A stretch of DNA of 64,000 bases, taken from NCBI GenBank assembly GCA_963740355.1, contig CAVUDW010000002.1, positions 2,144,001 to 2,208,000 of the forward strand, written 5' to 3'. This DNA is from an uncultured Gemmatimonadaceae bacterium. Its GTDB lineage: Bacteria > Gemmatimonadota > Gemmatimonadetes > Gemmatimonadales > Gemmatimonadaceae. Made by a program: the position numbers and the translations under genes. The notes under the pieces were generated by a model. It ran no database searches and was not told the DNA's origin. It saw nothing but the letters and a program-made list of their open reading frames with translations. Numbering within the stretch: the first letter of the stretch is position 1; every line of letters begins with the position of its first letter. Below, piece by piece: positions 1 through 9,513 of the stretch.

Positions 1-973
1 AGCCCCAGTCTCCGCAGGGAATTGGCTTCGTACCATCCTCACACGGCTGGTCGCTGCGGAACTGGCGTGTGTCCATCACCCAGAATCGGGCAAGGGCGCC
101 CCAGTTGATCGAACGGCGAATCGACAAGTCGGCCCACGACGCGGCCCGCGGTACGCGAACGGGCTGATGCTCCCACCACGCCTGGTAGGCGGCAGCGCGA
201 CGAGCGCGCATCTGCTCCGCCGACTCGTACACGTTTTCGCCGATGTCACCGGCGTAGTTGTTGTCCACTTCGTGGTCGTCCCACGTAAGCACCCACGGCG
301 CCCGTGCGTGCGCGGCCTGGAGCAGCGGGTCCAGCTTGTACTGCGCATAGCGACGACGGTATTCCTCGAGCGATCGACACTCGAAGCCTTCGTGTTTGCG
401 CGGCCGCCCGTTGATGCCGGCGTATTCGTAGATGTAGTCGCCAAGGTGCGCCACCAGATCCAGTTCCTCCGCCGCCATGTGTTCGTAGGCCGTGAAGAAC
501 CCTGTCTCATAGTGCTGACACGATGCAAACGCGAACCGGAGTGGCGTCAGCGCGCCAGCCGCCGGCGTCGTTCGCAGGCGACCGACCGGGCTGACGAAGT
601 CGCCGACGCGGAAGCGGTAGAAGTACCAGCGATCCGCTGCCAGGCCGTCCACGTCGGCGTGCACCGAGAAGCCGAGTTCAGGCGCCGCCGTGTACATCCC
701 CTTCTGCACGACCTTCGTGAATCCCTCGTCGTCGGCCACCTCCCACGCGACCCGTGTGCGCACCCCATCCATGCCCCAGTCCGGGTCCAGCGGGCGTGGT
801 GCAAGGCGGGTCCAGATCACGCCACCGGAGGGGTGGGGATCGCCGGAAGCGACACCGAGCGCGAATGGGTTCTCCGCGAATCGGTACCGGCGCGACAGGC
901 GCTCGAGCGAAGGTGTCGCGGCGCCAATCGCGGCGTACCGGGTCAGGTCACTGAGGAAGTTTCGACGGTCCAT
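1..973 (-). CDS. phoD: Alkaline phosphatase D family protein, Tat-exported (3' end lies outside the window)
   Basis: Manual translation from ATG 973 gives MDRRNFLSDL (twin-Arg), FALGVASGDP, VIWTRLAP, FAFASCQHY, HLGDYIYE, WDDHEVDNNY and DTRQFRSDQ. The frame stays open to the window edge, so it is missing from the ORF track. Confidence 0.93.
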   Translation of the reverse strand, partial: MDRRNFLSDLTRYAAIGAATPSLERLSRRYRFAENPFALGVASGDPHPSGGVIWTRLAPRPLDPDWGMDGVRTRVAWEVADDEGFTKVVQKGMYTAAPELGFSVHADVDGLAADRWYFYRFRVGDFVSPVGRLRTTPAAGALTPLRFAFASCQHYETGFFTAYEHMAAEELDLVAHLGDYIYEYAGINGRPRKHEGFECRSLEEYRRRYAQYKLDPLLQAAHARAPWVLTWDDHEVDNNYAGDIGENVYESAEQMRARRAAAYQAWWEHQPVRVPRAASWADLSIRRSINWGALARFWVMDTRQFRSDQPCEDGTKPIPCGDWG

Positions 974-1070
974 CGCATTATCCTGTAGCCGGAACGTGTC
1001 CGGCGAAAGTCGGCGCCGTCACGACGATGCCACAAACGCAGCCTGCTGAAACCCTCCCGTGGAGACCGCG

Positions 1071-1931
1071 GTGATCTCGTACGACCCGAAGAACTGGATT
1101 CGCCTGTTGCTCGATGTGCCGCGCAGCCGCGTCTTCCGCACGCTGGCGCTCGACATGTTGGCGGCTGGTGCCTACGCCGCAGGTGTCGTCTGGCTCGAGA
1201 CGGAAGTGATCGGCTCACTGCTGCCACTCGGTCCGTCGTTCCTCTCGATCCTCGGGATCATCCTCGGCCTGCTGCTCGTCTTCCGCACCAACACCGCCTA
1301 CGATCGCTGGTGGGAAGGACGCAAGTTGTGGGGCCAGTTGGTGAACGTCTCGCGTGGTCTGGCGCACCATCTGGACGCCATGTTCGGCGCCTCGGCCGCA
1401 CGCGCTGAGGACCGCGCGCGTTACGCGAGGATTCTGTCGACCTTCCCGGTCTCGCTTTCGCGTCACCTTCGGGCGCTGGGCAGCGTGCCCGGGGCAGATG
1501 CACCCATCGCACTGATCTCGTCGCTGCACCGCGCTGTTCATGCGGACATTCTCGCAGGTCGGCTAGCCGCCGATGCGCGCATCGCGCTGGCACCACTGCT
1601 GCAACAGTTCGACGATGTGCTCGGCGCCTGTGAACGAATCCGCAAGACGCCGATTCCGTACAGTTATTCCTCGTATGTGAAGCAGTTCGTGCTGCTCTAC
1701 GCGGTGGTGATGCCATTCGGACTGGCGAAAGACTTCGGCTACGGCGCCGTGGTGGCCTCGATGCTCACCTTCTTCGCCACCATGGGTCTCGAGCTCCTCG
1801 CCGAGGAAGTCGAGGAACCGTTCGGCGGCGATAGCAACGACTTGCCGCTCGACGACATCGCCGAGACGATCGGGCGCGACGTCCATCGCATACTCGGTGT
1901 GCCACTGCCGCCAGACGACAGCGCCCCTTGA
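1071..1931 (+). CDS. Bestrophin-like (YneE family) ion channel
   Basis: Motifs LLLVFRTNTAYDRWWEGRKLWGQL, GACERIRKTPIPYSY and EEPFGGDSNDLPLD. GGAG precedes GTG 1071 (the ORF track starts at 1059). Confidence 0.9.
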   Translation: MISYDPKNWIRLLLDVPRSRVFRTLALDMLAAGAYAAGVVWLETEVIGSLLPLGPSFLSILGIILGLLLVFRTNTAYDRWWEGRKLWGQLVNVSRGLAHHLDAMFGASAARAEDRARYARILSTFPVSLSRHLRALGSVPGADAPIALISSLHRAVHADILAGRLAADARIALAPLLQQFDDVLGACERIRKTPIPYSYSSYVKQFVLLYAVVMPFGLAKDFGYGAVVASMLTFFATMGLELLAEEVEEPFGGDSNDLPLDDIAETIGRDVHRILGVPLPPDDSAP

Positions 1932-3895
1932 TGGACCACTCACGTCAAGCACGGCACGCGGGGCTGCTGGTGTGTGCGCTGCTGCTGGTGGTGTATGTCG
2001 CGACTGCGGCACCGTCGATCACCTTCTGGGACGCCAGCGAATTCGCCACGGCGATTGGAACGTTCGGCATCCCGCATCCGCCCGGCACGCCACTCTACGT
2101 GGCGCTCGGCGCGGCGCTCTGGCATCTCGTGCCTGGCCTCTCGCCGGCGCAGGCAGGGACGCTGCTCTCGGCGCTCGCGACGGCGCTCGCGTGTGGTATC
2201 GCCGCGTGGCTGATCGTGCGCGTGAGTGGCAATCGCGCGCTGGGCATCGTTGCCGGGGTCTCTGCCGGCGCGATGGGAACGGTGTGGACCAATGCGACAG
2301 AGACGGAGGTGTATGCGGTGTCGCTGCTTTCGGTCGCGATCCAGATCGCTGCCGCCTGGCGCGCGCACTCGCGCAATGACGATCGCGCCCGAATCCTCCT
2401 CTGCTTCGTCGCGGCGCTCTCCATTCCGCTGCACCTCAGTGCACTGGTCGCCACGCCCGCAGCGTTGCTGCTCGCGATGACTGAGCGTGATGGGGCGGTG
2501 CAATGGCGCATCCTGGTCGATGCCGCGGTGCTGGTAGTGGCCACGGTGCTGCTGAGTCACGGCTCGTGGTATCTGGCATTCGCCTGCGTCGCATATGTTG
2601 CCCTCGACTCCCAGTTGCACGGTCCCCGCGCGCATTGGTGCCTTCGTGCCGCGGCCGTGACGCTGCTCGGCTGGAGTGCGGTGGCGATCATGTTGATTCG
2701 CGCGCGACAGGCACCGTTTCTCAATCAGGGCGATCCCGACACGTTCGTGAAGTTGCTGAATGTCATGTCACGTGCGCAGTACGATGTGGCTGGACTCTGG
2801 CCACGTCGTGCACCGTTCTGGCTGCAGGTCGGCAACATCGGCCAGTACGCCGACTGGCAGGTAGCGCTCGGCCTCTGGAACGACGTCACGCCGTCATGGT
2901 TTCGTACGCCGTTCACCGTGCTGGCAGCGGGCCTTGGCGTGCGCGGCGCCGTGGCACACTGGCGGTCGCATCGCGTGACCGCGACGGCCATGCTCTGCCT
3001 GATGCTGTTGGCCACACTCGGTGTGTGTGTGCAGCTCAACCTGCTGTCCGGTCCGTCGTTCGGATTCGGCATTCTCGCTGATTCGGCGCCGCGTGAGGCA
3101 CGTGATCGCGAGTACTTCTTCGCCCTCGCGTTCTGGTGCTGGGGCCTCTGGATCGGAGCAGGGGCGTGGGTGCTGGCGCGGCGCACGCGCCGACCAATGC
3201 TGCTCGCCGCCGTTGCGCCGCTCCTGATGATCGCGGGGAACTGGCGCGCGATGCGTCGCGACGTGATGCCCGACAAGCAGATCGCGGCCACCATGGCTTC
3301 GGAGTTTCTCACCGACACGCCATTCGGCGCTCTGCTCTTCACGGCCGGTGACAACGATTCGTATCCGCTCTGGTACCGTCAGGCGGTGGACTCGGTACGG
3401 CGCGATGTGCAGGTCGTCGTCACATCGCTGCTCCCGGCGAACTGGTACTTCCGGGAGGCGGCGTCCCGCGGTGTTCACCTCGTCGCAGATACCGCGATCG
3501 CGCCGGTGGCGGTCCTCCGGGCTGGCGCGCTGGCGCAAAGGCAGCTGGACCTCCGGGGCACGATTGCGGTCAGCATTGCGCTCCCCTCGTACTTTCGCGC
3601 CGAGCTCGGCCGGTTGTCCGGCGTGACCTGTTGGCGCCGGGAGGGGCTGGTGGACGTCGGAACGCGTCGCGAGGTCTGCCCACCGCGGATCGACGCCGAG
3701 CGCAATTTTGCCAGCGCTCAGCGGATGGGACCGCTCGTGCGAGCCCGGACGCGCTCGTCTCTCGATGGAATGGTCGGCGCATTTCAGGAATTGGCGCGCT
3801 GCCCCGAACTGGCGACGACGGTGGTGCTGCAGGGCGTCGCATCCCTCGATTCCGCCTCGCGCCGATTGCTTGATATCACGTGTAACCTCCGGTAA
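1931..3895 (+). CDS. DUF2723 / TMEM260-like multi-pass GT-C fold glycosyltransferase
   Basis: Motifs FWDASEF, GIPHPPGTPLY, ATETEVY, RDREYFF and GDNDSYPLWY, with many TM segments. TGATG overlap with the upstream gene. Confidence 0.8.
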   Translation: MDHSRQARHAGLLVCALLLVVYVATAAPSITFWDASEFATAIGTFGIPHPPGTPLYVALGAALWHLVPGLSPAQAGTLLSALATALACGIAAWLIVRVSGNRALGIVAGVSAGAMGTVWTNATETEVYAVSLLSVAIQIAAAWRAHSRNDDRARILLCFVAALSIPLHLSALVATPAALLLAMTERDGAVQWRILVDAAVLVVATVLLSHGSWYLAFACVAYVALDSQLHGPRAHWCLRAAAVTLLGWSAVAIMLIRARQAPFLNQGDPDTFVKLLNVMSRAQYDVAGLWPRRAPFWLQVGNIGQYADWQVALGLWNDVTPSWFRTPFTVLAAGLGVRGAVAHWRSHRVTATAMLCLMLLATLGVCVQLNLLSGPSFGFGILADSAPREARDREYFFALAFWCWGLWIGAGAWVLARRTRRPMLLAAVAPLLMIAGNWRAMRRDVMPDKQIAATMASEFLTDTPFGALLFTAGDNDSYPLWYRQAVDSVRRDVQVVVTSLLPANWYFREAASRGVHLVADTAIAPVAVLRAGALAQRQLDLRGTIAVSIALPSYFRAELGRLSGVTCWRREGLVDVGTRREVCPPRIDAERNFASAQRMGPLVRARTRSSLDGMVGAFQELARCPELATTVVLQGVASLDSASRRLLDITCNLR

Positions 3896-3898
3896 ATT
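3870..3898 (+). promoter_or_regulatory. Putative sigma70 promoter for the yggS-divIVA operon (near-leaderless)
   Basis: TTGATA (3870-3875), 17 nt spacer, TAAATT (3893-3898). The ATG is 8 nt downstream with no Shine-Dalgarno sequence. Confidence 0.55.
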
Positions 3899-3906
3899 CA
3901 CAGCTT

Positions 3907-4590
3907 ATGGCGTTTTCGGACCTCGGTCTGCGGGTGCAGGAAGTACGGGATCGGATCGAGGCTGCGCGCGCGCGTGGTGGGCACGGTCAGACAGTACGCC
4001 TGATTGCAGTGACAAAGACACATGGCGCCGACGCGGTCGACGCGGCTGCCGCCTGCGGAATATCGGACGTCGGTGAAAACAAGGTGCAGGAGGCGCTCGA
4101 CAAGATGCGGGCCACCCAGGCTGCGGTTCGCTGGCATCTGATCGGACATCTGCAGCGCAACAAGGCGAAGGCGGCACCGCATTTCGCCATGGTTCACTCG
4201 CTCGACAGTCCGCGATTGGCCGATGCTCTGCAACAGGCGGCCTCGCAGGCTGATCGTGTGCTCGATGTGCTGGTGCAGGTGAACGTCGCCGGTGAAGCAC
4301 AGAAGAGCGGCATTGCACCGTCCGAGGTCGAGGGGCTGGCCACGCACGTGGCCGCACTGCCGTCGTTGCGCGTGTGCGGCGTGATGTGCCTTGCACCGTT
4401 CACGGATGACGAGCGCATCATGCGCACTGCATTCCGTGGGGCACGTGAGGCGCTGGCGCAGGTGCGGGCGGCGGGACATGCTGGCGCACACGAGCTGTCG
4501 ATGGGAATGTCGAATGACTACGAGGTTGCGGTGGAGGAGGGGGCCACACTGGTCCGCTTGGGCACCGTACTGTTCGGAGCGAGGAACTGA
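3907..4590 (+). CDS. yggS: PLP homeostasis protein (YggS family)
   Basis: LIAVTKTH, GENKVQE, WHLIGHLQRNK, LSMGMSNDYEVAVEEGATLVRLGT. Confidence 0.96.
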   Translation: MAFSDLGLRVQEVRDRIEAARARGGHGQTVRLIAVTKTHGADAVDAAAACGISDVGENKVQEALDKMRATQAAVRWHLIGHLQRNKAKAAPHFAMVHSLDSPRLADALQQAASQADRVLDVLVQVNVAGEAQKSGIAPSEVEGLATHVAALPSLRVCGVMCLAPFTDDERIMRTAFRGAREALAQVRAAGHAGAHELSMGMSNDYEVAVEEGATLVRLGTVLFGARN

Positions 4591-5414
4591 TGTCTGACGA
4601 ACAATTTCGATTGACGCCGCTGGATGTGCGGCGCTGGGAATTCGGGTCGGCGCTGCGCGGCTATGACCGCGTGCGTGTCGATGAGTTCAAGGCGCGCGTG
4701 GCCGATGAAATCGAGGAGCTGGCGCGGCGCATCAACGATCTCGACACGAAGGCTCGCGGCTTCCACGAGCAGATCCGGTCCTTCCGCGAGCGTGACCGCG
4801 CCATCAACGACGCCCTCGTCAGCGCGCAGCAGTTGCGCACGGACATCCGCGAACAGGCCGAGAAGGAAGGGTCGCTGGTCCTGCAGGAGGCGCGCAGCGA
4901 GGCCGACAAGGCGCTCGGCGAAGCCAAGCTCGAGGCCGACCGGCTGACGCAGGATTCCCGGGCAGAAGCCGACAAGGTCCTCACCGATGCCAAGGTGCGG
5001 TCCGAGGAGATGCTCCGCGACTCTCGCGACGAATGTGAGCGCATGCTGCGCGAGGCCAAGGCGGAAGCGCGCTCACTGGTCGAGGATTCGCGCAACACCG
5101 CGAAGCGGATCGCCAGCGACCTCGATCAGCTCAACCGCTCACGCACCTCGTACCTCTCGCAGATGAAGGCGCTGGCCGAACGTCACTTGCAGGACGTCGA
5201 GGCATCGCGCACCGCCGCCCCGATCCTGCCGGCGTCCGTCGACATGTACCTCCACGAGACCGATGACGTCGTCGACGCGCGCATCAAGCCGCGCCCGACG
5301 CCGCTTATGAGCGCGATCGTGCCCGCCAAGGAAACGATCACCGATCCCGACACCGTTCGTGCGCTGACCGATGGCATCATCCCCCGTGGCGTGATGCCGG
5401 AGAAGCAATCGTGA
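4590..5414 (+). CDS. divIVA: DivIVA domain protein with extended coiled coil
   Basis: N-terminal LTPLDVRRWEFGSALRGYDRVRVDEF signature followed by a long coiled coil. yggS/ileS context fits. Confidence 0.9.
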   Translation: MSDEQFRLTPLDVRRWEFGSALRGYDRVRVDEFKARVADEIEELARRINDLDTKARGFHEQIRSFRERDRAINDALVSAQQLRTDIREQAEKEGSLVLQEARSEADKALGEAKLEADRLTQDSRAEADKVLTDAKVRSEEMLRDSRDECERMLREAKAEARSLVEDSRNTAKRIASDLDQLNRSRTSYLSQMKALAERHLQDVEASRTAAPILPASVDMYLHETDDVVDARIKPRPTPLMSAIVPAKETITDPDTVRALTDGIIPRGVMPEKQS

Positions 5415-6304
5415 CCGGCACCACGCCTTCGCTCAACGCGACCGTCGAGCTCAGGGCGTACCGCAAGGTGTCGCCGATGCCCATGCCGCACAGCGTGGAG
5501 CGCATCACGGCGGCGGCACAGGCGATTCAGGCGCACTTCGCGAAGGTGCCCACCGAAGCCATCATCCTTGGCACCGGTCTGGGACAACTCGCGGACCAGA
5601 TCGAGATCGAGGCCACGATCGACTACGCGGACATCCCGGGATTTCCGCTGTCCACCGTCGAGAGCCACGCTGGTCGACTGCTGTGCGGCACCCTTGGCGG
5701 TCGCACGATCATCGCCATGCAGGGGCGTTTCCATCGCTACGAAGGGTACAGCATGCACGAGGTCACCTTCCCGGTGCGCGTGCTGCGGGCCCTCGGCGCG
5801 ACGACGCTGATCGTGTCGAACGCCTGCGGTGGCATGCACCCATTGTGGGAACGAGGAGACCTGATGCTGATCGCCGATCACATCAACCTGCTCGGTGACA
5901 ATCCGCTCGTCGGCCCCAACGATCCGTCGCTCGGCCCGCGATTCCCCGACATGTCGGTGGCCTACGACGCCGAACTCCGTGCGCTCACGCGGCAGGTCGC
6001 GGCAGAGCAGGGCATGACGCTGCGGGAAGGGATCTACATCGCGGTCGTCGGGCCCAACCTCGAAACACGTGCCGAGTACCGCATGCTGCGCGCACTCGGC
6101 GCCGATGTGGTGGGCATGTCGACCGTACCAGAAGTGATCGTCGCCCGCCACGGCGGAATGCGAGTGCTTGGACTTTCCATCATCACTGACATGTGTCTGC
6201 CGGATTCGCTGCAGGAAGCGACGCTGGACGAGATCGTCGCGACCGCGAACGCCGCGCAGCCGAAGTTGACGGCTCTCGTGCGCGGAGTGCTGGAGAAGCT
6301 GTGA
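5411..6304 (+). CDS. punA: Purine-nucleoside phosphorylase (trimeric type)
   Basis: IILGTGLG, STVESHAG, MQGRFHRYEG, GPNLETRAE, VGMSTVPE. Start may instead be ATG 5477. Confidence 0.95.
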   Translation: MTGTTPSLNATVELRAYRKVSPMPMPHSVERITAAAQAIQAHFAKVPTEAIILGTGLGQLADQIEIEATIDYADIPGFPLSTVESHAGRLLCGTLGGRTIIAMQGRFHRYEGYSMHEVTFPVRVLRALGATTLIVSNACGGMHPLWERGDLMLIADHINLLGDNPLVGPNDPSLGPRFPDMSVAYDAELRALTRQVAAEQGMTLREGIYIAVVGPNLETRAEYRMLRALGADVVGMSTVPEVIVARHGGMRVLGLSIITDMCLPDSLQEATLDEIVATANAAQPKLTALVRGVLEKL

Positions 6305-9300
6305 CCGACGGCACACCGAAGAAGTATCAGGCGCTGACGGCTGAGGACACGCCCGACGCCCTCGAAAGCGCATTGCTCGAAACGTGGGAAGCCGAAGGCC
6401 TGTTCGATCCGTCGTTCCGGCCCAAGCCTGGTCAGTCGTCCTTCGTGTTCTACGAAGGGCCGCCAACGGCCAACGGCCGGCCCGGCATCCATCACGTCTT
6501 TGCGCGCACACTGAAGGACCTCATCCCGCGACACCGCGCGATGAAGGGCTTTCACATCACGCGCAAGGCCGGGTGGGACACCCATGGCCTGCCGGTCGAG
6601 ATCGAAGTCGAGAAGGCCCTCGGCATCAGTGGCAAGCGAGACATCGAAGCCATCGGTGTCGCGGAGTTCAACCGTCGCTGCCGCGAGAGTGTGTTCACCT
6701 ATCGCGGGGACTGGGAGAAGCTCAGCCGGCGCATGGCGTACTGGCTCGATTACGAGCGCCCGTACGTCACGTACACCAACGACTATGTGGAGAGCGTGTG
6801 GTGGGCATTGGCCACCATGCACGCCAAGGGCCTGCTGGTGCAGGGGCACAAGATCCTGCCCTATTGCCCACGCTGCGAAACGGCGCTCTCGAGCCACGAA
6901 GTCGCGCAGGGTTACAAGGACGTCGAGGATCCGAGCACGTACATCGCGCTCGACCTCGTGGATGCATCGACCACCATGCGCCGCCGCATCCTCGTCTGGA
7001 CCACCACGCCGTGGACGCTGGTGTCGAACGCCGCGCTCGCGGTGCATCCCGAGCTCGTCTACGTCGAGCTGCAGAAGAAGACCGGCGCCGAATTCACCAT
7101 CATCCTCGCGGAATCGCGCGTGGCCGCGGTGCTTGGTGGCGACTGGGCCGATCGGTGGACGAACGTCCGGACGCTGCAAGGCGCCGACCTCGTCGGCATG
7201 CGGTACGCGCGCCCGCTCGATTGGGTTGCATATCCGGAAGGCACGCAGTCGGAAATCATCGTCGGTGAAACGTTCGTCTCCGCGGATGATGGTACGGGCG
7301 TCGTGCACATGGCGCCGGCGTTCGGCGCTGATGACTATGGTGCCGGCCAGCGGCACAACCTCGCCTTCATCCAGCCGGTTGATGCGCGCGGACGCTTCCC
7401 GGAGGGCATGCCGGTCATCGGCGGGCGCTTCATCAAGGATGCCGATCCGCTGATCATCGATGAGCTCAAGCGCCGCGACGTGCTCTGGAAGGACGGGCGC
7501 TTCGTGCACTCGTATCCGCACTGCTGGCGTTGCGGCACACCGCTGCTCTATTACGCACGCGGCTCCTGGTTCGTGAAGACCACCGCGATCAAGGACGACA
7601 TGATCGCGCGCAACAACCAGGTGGCATGGCAGCCACCTGAAGTTGGCGCTGGTCGCTTCGGCCAATGGCTGGAGAACAACGTCGACTGGGCGATCTCGCG
7701 TGACCGGTACTGGGGCACGCCGCTCCCGGTCTGGATCAACGACGAAGATCCCACCGAGATGGAAGTCATCGGCAGCTTCGCGCAGCTCGCCGAGCGTTGT
7801 GGCGCGCCGCTGCCAGCCGATTTCGATCCGCACAAGCCGTTCATCGATCAGTACACCTGGCCTGCGAAAAGCGGGACGGGAACGATGCGTCGCGTGTCGG
7901 AAGTGATCGACACCTGGTTCGATTCCGGCAGCATGCCGTTCGCGCAGTGGCACTATCCATTCGAGAACACGGATGTCGTCGCCGAGCATTTCCCGGCCGA
8001 CTACATCTGCGAAGGGGTCGATCAGACCCGCGGGTGGTTCTACTCGTTGCTCGCCGTGGCCACCGCACTCGGCGATGCATTGCCGAACAACGCGGCGGGG
8101 TCTGCGGCACCGTTCCGTCATGTGCTCGTGAACGATCTCGTGCTCGATGCGAACGGCTTGAAGATGTCGAAGAGCAAGGGCAACGCCGTCGATCCGTGGC
8201 GCGTGATTGCCACGCATGGTGTCGATGCCGTGCGACTCTTCCTGATCAGCACCAGTCAGGTGTGGATTCCGCGTCGCTTCGACGAGGACGTGCTGCGCCA
8301 GACGGCAGGGCGATTCCTCGTCACGCTGCGCAACACCTACAGCGGCATCTTTGCGCAGTACGCAAACTTCGGCTGGTCGCCGAGTGACCGGGATCCAGCC
8401 GTCGCGGATCGACCGGCGCTCGACCGGTGGGTGTTGTCACGGCTGACGGCGGTCGAGGCGGAAGCGGATCGCTTGCTCGAGTCGTACGAACCGACACTCG
8501 CGGCGCGTGCGATCATGGAATTCGTCGACGAAGATGTCTCGAATTGGTATGTGCGCCTCAGTCGCCCGCGCTTCTGGGAGACCGACAACGATGACAGTCG
8601 TGCCGCCTTCGCCACCTTGCATGAAGTGCTCACGATCGTCTGTCGCCTGCTGGCACCGTTGGCACCCTACCTGACGGACTGGATGCATCGGCAACTCGTG
8701 GGCAGCTCGGTGCACACGGCGGCCTACGTGCGAACCACCGGGGCCTCGCGCGATGAGGGGCTGGAGCGCGAGATGGCCGCGGTGCGGACGCTGTCGCGGC
8801 TCGGGCGCGCCGCACGGGAAGAGGCGGGCATCAAGGTGCGCCAGCCGCTGTCGCGCCTCGTTTGCGTCGTCCCCAGGGACGAAGCCAGCGGTGTCACGGC
8901 CCTTGCCGGGCTCATCCGTGCTGAACTGAACATCAAGGACGTGGTGCTGGCGGGATCGGCAGACGATCTCGTGAAGGTGAGCGCCAAGGGCAATTTCCGG
9001 GTGCTTGGCAAGCGCTTCGGGAAGTCGACGCCTGCGGCGGCGGCCGTCATCGAGGCGCTGTCGTCGGCCCAACTTCTCGCGTTCGAACGTGGCGAGACGG
9101 TCACGATTTCTGTCGATGGGGTGGAGCACGCCCTCGAGCCAGCCGATGTGATCCTCACCCGGTCAGCCGCTGGCGATCTCGTCGTGGCTGGCGATGGTGT
9201 GTATGTTGCCGCGGTCGATCCCGCGATCACCGACTCCCTCCGCCGCGAGGGAATCGCACGGGAGCTGGTCAGCCGGGTGCAGCGGGCCCGGAAGGATGCC

Positions 9301-9513
9301 GGACTGGCCGTCAGCGATCGGATTCGTGTGGTCGTCGGCGGTGTACAGCAGGTGCAAGAGGCGGCGCGTGAGCACTCTGCCTGGATTGCGGGCGAGGTTC
9401 TCGCGTCGGCGTTCGACGTGTCAAGCAGCGAGGCGGCGCCACCCGTAAGCACCGCCGTGGACCTGGACGGTACCGCTGCGTGGTTCACCCTGGAACGGGA
9501 CGATACGAGATGA
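6301..9513 (+). CDS. ileS: Isoleucine-tRNA ligase, type 2 (IleRS2) with GIHH signature
   Basis: YEGPPTANGRPGIHH, GWDTHGLPVE, WTTTPWTL, DWAISRDRYWGTPLP, KMSKS, and the type 2 C-terminus REGIARELVSRVQRARK. GTG 6301 overlaps the punA stop. Confidence 0.97.
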   Translation: MTDGTPKKYQALTAEDTPDALESALLETWEAEGLFDPSFRPKPGQSSFVFYEGPPTANGRPGIHHVFARTLKDLIPRHRAMKGFHITRKAGWDTHGLPVEIEVEKALGISGKRDIEAIGVAEFNRRCRESVFTYRGDWEKLSRRMAYWLDYERPYVTYTNDYVESVWWALATMHAKGLLVQGHKILPYCPRCETALSSHEVAQGYKDVEDPSTYIALDLVDASTTMRRRILVWTTTPWTLVSNAALAVHPELVYVELQKKTGAEFTIILAESRVAAVLGGDWADRWTNVRTLQGADLVGMRYARPLDWVAYPEGTQSEIIVGETFVSADDGTGVVHMAPAFGADDYGAGQRHNLAFIQPVDARGRFPEGMPVIGGRFIKDADPLIIDELKRRDVLWKDGRFVHSYPHCWRCGTPLLYYARGSWFVKTTAIKDDMIARNNQVAWQPPEVGAGRFGQWLENNVDWAISRDRYWGTPLPVWINDEDPTEMEVIGSFAQLAERCGAPLPADFDPHKPFIDQYTWPAKSGTGTMRRVSEVIDTWFDSGSMPFAQWHYPFENTDVVAEHFPADYICEGVDQTRGWFYSLLAVATALGDALPNNAAGSAAPFRHVLVNDLVLDANGLKMSKSKGNAVDPWRVIATHGVDAVRLFLISTSQVWIPRRFDEDVLRQTAGRFLVTLRNTYSGIFAQYANFGWSPSDRDPAVADRPALDRWVLSRLTAVEAEADRLLESYEPTLAARAIMEFVDEDVSNWYVRLSRPRFWETDNDDSRAAFATLHEVLTIVCRLLAPLAPYLTDWMHRQLVGSSVHTAAYVRTTGASRDEGLEREMAAVRTLSRLGRAAREEAGIKVRQPLSRLVCVVPRDEASGVTALAGLIRAELNIKDVVLAGSADDLVKVSAKGNFRVLGKRFGKSTPAAAAVIEALSSAQLLAFERGETVTISVDGVEHALEPADVILTRSAAGDLVVAGDGVYVAAVDPAITDSLRREGIARELVSRVQRARKDAGLAVSDRIRVVVGGVQQVQEAAREHSAWIAGEVLASAFDVSSSEAAPPVSTAVDLDGTAAWFTLERDDTR

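Noticed and set aside
167..988. 273-aa + strand ORF and other long antisense ORFs (e.g. 6034-8217, 19609-21708, 31274-33328, 53234-54967)
   Set aside because: Shadow frames of real genes in high-GC DNA, with no recognisable motifs.
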